Source: Candidatus Daviesbacteria bacterium (GTDB taxonomy: Bacteria > Patescibacteriota > Microgenomatia > Daviesbacterales > UBA10151). Taken from it: a stretch of DNA of 64,000 nucleotides. The DNA is taken from the NCBI GenBank assembly GCA_016195715.1, contig JACPZA010000002.1, forward strand, positions 43,246 through 107,245, in the 5' to 3' direction. The position numbers and the translations under genes are program-made. Below are positions 60,620 to 64,000 of the stretch, in pieces (within the stretch, counting starts at the first letter, position 1; each line of letters starts with the position of its first letter). The notes under the pieces were generated by a model, which did no database searches, was not told the DNA's origin, and saw only the letters and a program-made list of their open reading frames with translations.

Positions 60620-61149
60620 AATATTAAGTAATCATAAGCTTGTTCTAGGGTTTGATTATAGTTTTGAGCTAGGTCAAAATATTTTAAATTATATTTTTGA
60701 CATTCCTTTTTTAAATATTCACTCATTTCCATAATTTTTTCTGGTAATTTTTGTAACTGACTCTCTTCTAAATCACCAAGCCAATCATTAAAACCCTGGT
60801 TTTCTAAAATTTGTTTTAAATTAGCTTTAGAAATTCCTAAAAATACACTTTTAACCTCAAATAATTTATTAAGTTCAAAGGCTTGTTTGGGCAAAAACGC
60901 ATCTCCTTCGATACAATAATCCTTAACTCCATACTTATTGACAAATATAAACTCTTTTAAAAACGGATAAAAACTTTCAGCTTTTTGAATATAGTGAATC
61001 TCATCAGTCACATTTAAGTTAGGTGCAGCTTGTTTTAACATATGAACTAATGAGTCAAGAGAAACAAAAGCAATTTTTTGGCGCTTTAGTAGCATTTGAG
61101 CAAGTTTAGATTTACCGACTCTTGGAGCTCCACCTATCAAATAGGTCAT
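60616..61149 (-). CDS. P-loop small-molecule kinase (2-phosphoglycerate kinase-like)
   Basis: YLIGGAPRVGKS, IEGD. Confidence 0.75.
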   Translation of the reverse strand: MTYLIGGAPRVGKSKLAQMLLKRQKIAFVSLDSLVHMLKQAAPNLNVTDEIHYIQKAESFYPFLKEFIFVNKYGVKDYCIEGDAFLPKQAFELNKLFEVKSVFLGISKANLKQILENQGFNDWLGDLEESQLQKLPEKIMEMSEYLKKECQKYNLKYFDLAQNYNQTLEQAYDYLIL

Positions 61150-61152
61150 TAA

Positions 61153-61491
61153 CTAAGCCTCTTTTTTTCTCTGGAAGAAAAATTTATATAAATAAATTGA
61201 TCCAAAAAATAACACTGGCAAAAAAATTGCACTATCAGTTAAAAGTAGCGCAGATGATTTAATAGCTTCATGTTTTTGAATAGGAAATTTTAAACAACTA
61301 TTAAAATCAGCTTTATTATCTGTAACAGTTTGGCAGCTTTGAATACTTTTTTTCAAATCTGTGCCAGCGCTATAATTACCCCATTGGACTATGGCAAAGA
61401 TGGCTAAAAATACTGTTAAACTAATCACTAATTTTTGAGCAAAGACTTTAACTTGAGCTGGGGTGGGCGGGTTATCTAACATACCTACCAT
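61153..61491 (-). CDS. Two-TM hypothetical protein with Cys-pair loop
   Basis: TM-loop-TM layout; start placed at ATG 61491. Confidence 0.6.
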   Translation of the reverse strand: MVGMLDNPPTPAQVKVFAQKLVISLTVFLAIFAIVQWGNYSAGTDLKKSIQSCQTVTDNKADFNSCLKFPIQKHEAIKSSALLLTDSAIFLPVLFFGSIYLYKFFFQRKKEA

Positions 61492-61495
61492 TATA

Positions 61496-62086
61496 TCAAT
61501 AATCAACTCCTGGCTTAGCTAAAATTCCTTTTTCAAATGGATGTTTAATTGGAGTCATCTCGGTCACTAAATCAGCCAACTTAAATAAACTTTTTTTACC
61601 ATGGTGACCTGTTAAAACTAAATCTAAGTTTACTGGTTTATCTTTAATTAATTTAGCTAAGTGGCTGTGTTTAAGCAGTTTTCCGGCCACAGCTCCAACT
61701 ATCTCATCTGCCACCACTACATCCCATTTATTAGAAGTTACTTCTTTATATAAATACTCAAAAGTTTTATTTGCTACTTTAACATGTTCAGAAAATTTAG
61801 ATTGATCATCAAAAATTTTAACAAACCCCAAACCTCCTTGAACAATTTTGACATAAGGTGCAAGCATTTTTACACCTTCCAATTCTCCTGTAAACCAAAT
61901 TTTGCCAAATTGGACAATTAAAACTTTTCTTTTATACCCAGCAGCTCTTAAAACTAAACCAAGGGAGGCTGTAGTTTTTCCTTTGCCTTCTCCTGTATAA
62001 ACAATCACTAAACCCCTAGTTGCCTCTTTATACTGAATCTTTTTATGCTGATTTTTTTCGTCTTTAATTTTCCCTTTAGACTTCAT
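61496..62086 (-). CDS. btuR: Cob(I)alamin adenosyltransferase (CobA/BtuR family)
   Basis: YTGEGKGKTTASLG, QF, DE, VLTG, ADLVTEM..IKHPF..G..A..G.DY. Confidence 0.92.
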   Translation of the reverse strand: MKSKGKIKDEKNQHKKIQYKEATRGLVIVYTGEGKGKTTASLGLVLRAAGYKRKVLIVQFGKIWFTGELEGVKMLAPYVKIVQGGLGFVKIFDDQSKFSEHVKVANKTFEYLYKEVTSNKWDVVVADEIVGAVAGKLLKHSHLAKLIKDKPVNLDLVLTGHHGKKSLFKLADLVTEMTPIKHPFEKGILAKPGVDY

Positions 62087-62117
62087 AGTGGCAATATACA
62101 TCTTTTTGTATTAATTT

Positions 62118-62143
62118 CTAGTTCCACCCTTGGGGTGGAATAG
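62118..62143 (+). repeat. REP hairpin on the left flank of RAYT
   Basis: TTCCACCC-TTG-GGGTGGAA. Confidence 0.8.
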
Positions 62144-62181
62144 CTTGACACCTGCGGATATTTGAGTTACGCTAGCTTTAA

Positions 62182-62823
62182 ATGCCCTCAAGAATTACTC
62201 CCTTAGTAAGTGGACAAATCTACCATATATATAATCGAGGTAGTGAAAAACGCCCAATCTTTGGAAGTCGTCGTGACTATCAAAGATTTTTGAAAACAAT
62301 CAGATACTATCAATTAGAAGGCCCAAAGCCTAAATTATCCAATTTTACAAGATTTCATACCTTCAAACCTGATCTTTCTAAAAAAATAGTTGAAGTTTTG
62401 GCTTTTTGTTTAATGCCCAACCATTTTCATTTTCTTATAAAACAAATTAAAGACGGAGGAATTACAGAATTTATTAGTAAATTAAGCAATAGTTATACTA
62501 AATACTACAATACTAAATATTCTCGAATTGGTCCTTTATTTCAAGGAGAATTTAAATCAGTAATCGTTGAAGACGACGAGCAGCTAGTGCACCTTTCTCG
62601 TTACATACACTTAAATCCTATATCTTCTCTACTGGTAAAAAATCTGAATCAATATGAGTGGTCATCTTTTAAAGAATATCTCGATAATGTTTCTGAAGGG
62701 ATATGCAATAAACATGACGTACTAGGCTTTTTTAAATCACCCAAAGATTATATACAATTTATTCTGGATCAGGTTGATCATGCTCAGAAGCTAGAAGTTA
62801 TTAAACATAAATTAATAGAATAA
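62182..62823 (+). mobile_element. REP-associated tyrosine transposase (RAYT, Y1_Tnp/HUH)
   Basis: YHIYNRG, FCLMPNHFHFL, Y...YN.KY.R.GPLFQG.FK, RYIHLNP, Y.WSS. Confidence 0.93.
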
Positions 62824-62825
62824 AT

Positions 62826-62853
62826 TAGCCTTCACCCCAAGGGTGGGAAGCTA
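62826..62853 (-). repeat. REP hairpin on the right flank of RAYT, inverted relative to the left copy
   Basis: Minus strand TAGCTTCCCACCCTTGGGGTGAAGGCTA shares CCACCCTTGGGGTG with the left copy. Confidence 0.8.
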
Positions 62854-62930
62854 AAAAATAAAATTGCTAAGTAAAATAGATTATTGACTTCTATAAACTA
62901 TTGTAAGAATATGGTAAATATTATTTTTAA

Positions 62931-64000
62931 ATGCCTAAAAGCTTACAGTTTATTCTAAGCTTTGTTTCAGTATTAATTTACTTTGTTTCTCCTTTTATCT
63001 TCAAACAAATAATTTTTGCTGATTGGAGTATGTCTAGGTATGACTTTGCTCACACTGGTAATATTCCATATTTTATAAGCAACAATAAACCAGAATTAAA
63101 CTGGACAAGTGAAAATCTAGGCACAATTTTAGCTCCTCCAGCTATAGATAAAGATGGAAATATTTATCTTCCAACAGTTAATGGACTAACTAAGCTTGAT
63201 AAACAAGGTATTAAAAAATGGACTTTTGCTAAGTCTTCTATTAATGGAACTCCAGCTATTGCTTCAGATGGAAATATTTATTTTGCCACCACTGGTTGTA
63301 ATCCAGTTGTTGATTCAATTGATCCAGATGGGAATTTAAAATGGGAATACGATTTAAGAGGTGGTGGTGGGCTTTGTGGCTATAACCAAGCCAGAAGTGC
63401 AGTCAGTCTATCTTTAGATAAAAACACACTTTTAGTAGGAGTAAGTTATCCCTCTGATTCAATCATTGCTTTTAATTTAGATGGCTCAGTTAAATGGCAA
63501 GCAAGATTAGGAGAAGATCCTTCTTCATCCATTGCTATTGCTCAAGATGGAACTTTATATATTGGAACTGGTAATAATGCTTACTTTTTTGCATTAACTT
63601 CTGATGGAATTAAAAAATGGAGCAGAATTGTTGGTTCAGATATAACAGTTCAAGCTAAATCTCCCTTGGTTGGACCAGATAATAATGTTTATGTTACTAC
63701 TGCTGGAATTAGTAGTGGGGATTTATTAGTTTCATATGATTCCCTGGGCAATAAAAGGTGGTCTTATAAATCTTCAAACGGGTTTAGTAGTGATCCTGCA
63801 ATCAAAGATAATCTAATTTATATTGTTGAGGGAAACACTCTTAAAGCAATTAATACTCAAGACGGATCAGTAAAATGGACTTGGTCAGCTATTGCTGATC
63901 CAACTGAATCACTGACTACACCAGTAATTGATAAAGATGGTTTTTGTTATGTTGCAACAAGAAGCAAGTTATATGCAGTGGCTGATGGTGGTTCTACAAA
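62931..64000 (+). CDS. Secreted PQQ-like/BamB-like beta-propeller protein (partial, runs off the window)
   Basis: MPKSLQFIL..FADWSM.RYD..HTG; repeated PAI..DG.IY and DG..KW units. Confidence 0.85.
   Translation, partial: MPKSLQFILSFVSVLIYFVSPFIFKQIIFADWSMSRYDFAHTGNIPYFISNNKPELNWTSENLGTILAPPAIDKDGNIYLPTVNGLTKLDKQGIKKWTFAKSSINGTPAIASDGNIYFATTGCNPVVDSIDPDGNLKWEYDLRGGGGLCGYNQARSAVSLSLDKNTLLVGVSYPSDSIIAFNLDGSVKWQARLGEDPSSSIAIAQDGTLYIGTGNNAYFFALTSDGIKKWSRIVGSDITVQAKSPLVGPDNNVYVTTAGISSGDLLVSYDSLGNKRWSYKSSNGFSSDPAIKDNLIYIVEGNTLKAINTQDGSVKWTWSAIADPTESLTTPVIDKDGFCYVATRSKLYAVADGGST

Noticed and set aside
470-60734. Many short alternative-frame or antisense ORFs in the track (for example 1434..1889, 13327..13674, 35638..35997, 42343..42777, 55656..55949)
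   Set aside because: They lie within well-supported genes and have no motifs or initiation signals of their own

Overview
AT-rich, gene-dense bacterial chromosome segment read in genetic code 11. Gene content points to a Patescibacteria/CPR genome, probably Microgenomates; this is inference from many leaderless genes, GT-C glycosyltransferases, a sortase/LPXTG pair, the GH15-GH57-GT4 glucan cluster, cupin PGI, H+-PPase and an RND pump with no TolC nearby. Housekeeping genes include the ftsX 3' end, tsaE, secA, serS, lysS, tRNA-Glu(CTC), msrB, zwf, gnd, hppA, lon (with a CIRCE operator) and btuR. A RAYT transposase with REP hairpins lies near the right end. I found no CRISPR array, prophage or reverse transcriptase. 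Most notable observations: (1) a surface-protein locus (sortase, LPXTG protein, two secreted paralogs, GT-C enzymes) in which one glycosyltransferase appears to carry an inserted copy of the paralogs' Cys-containing domain; (2) the same 30-bp TGTC-tagged palindrome inserted in frame in two unrelated enzymes (PGI and Gnd), plus other candidate in-frame hairpins; (3) a complete half-size urea transporter; (4) a synonymously diverged leftover 3' tail of acrB, recording in-place gene replacement; (5) a pilin-signal, Cys-rich protein ending in a cleavage-only Hint domain; (6) a circularly permuted M23 peptidase; (7) frameshifts confined to GT-C genes; (8) a MerR-type 19-bp-spacer promoter driving two unrecognised ORFs. 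All family calls come from motif recognition by eye; no searches were run.
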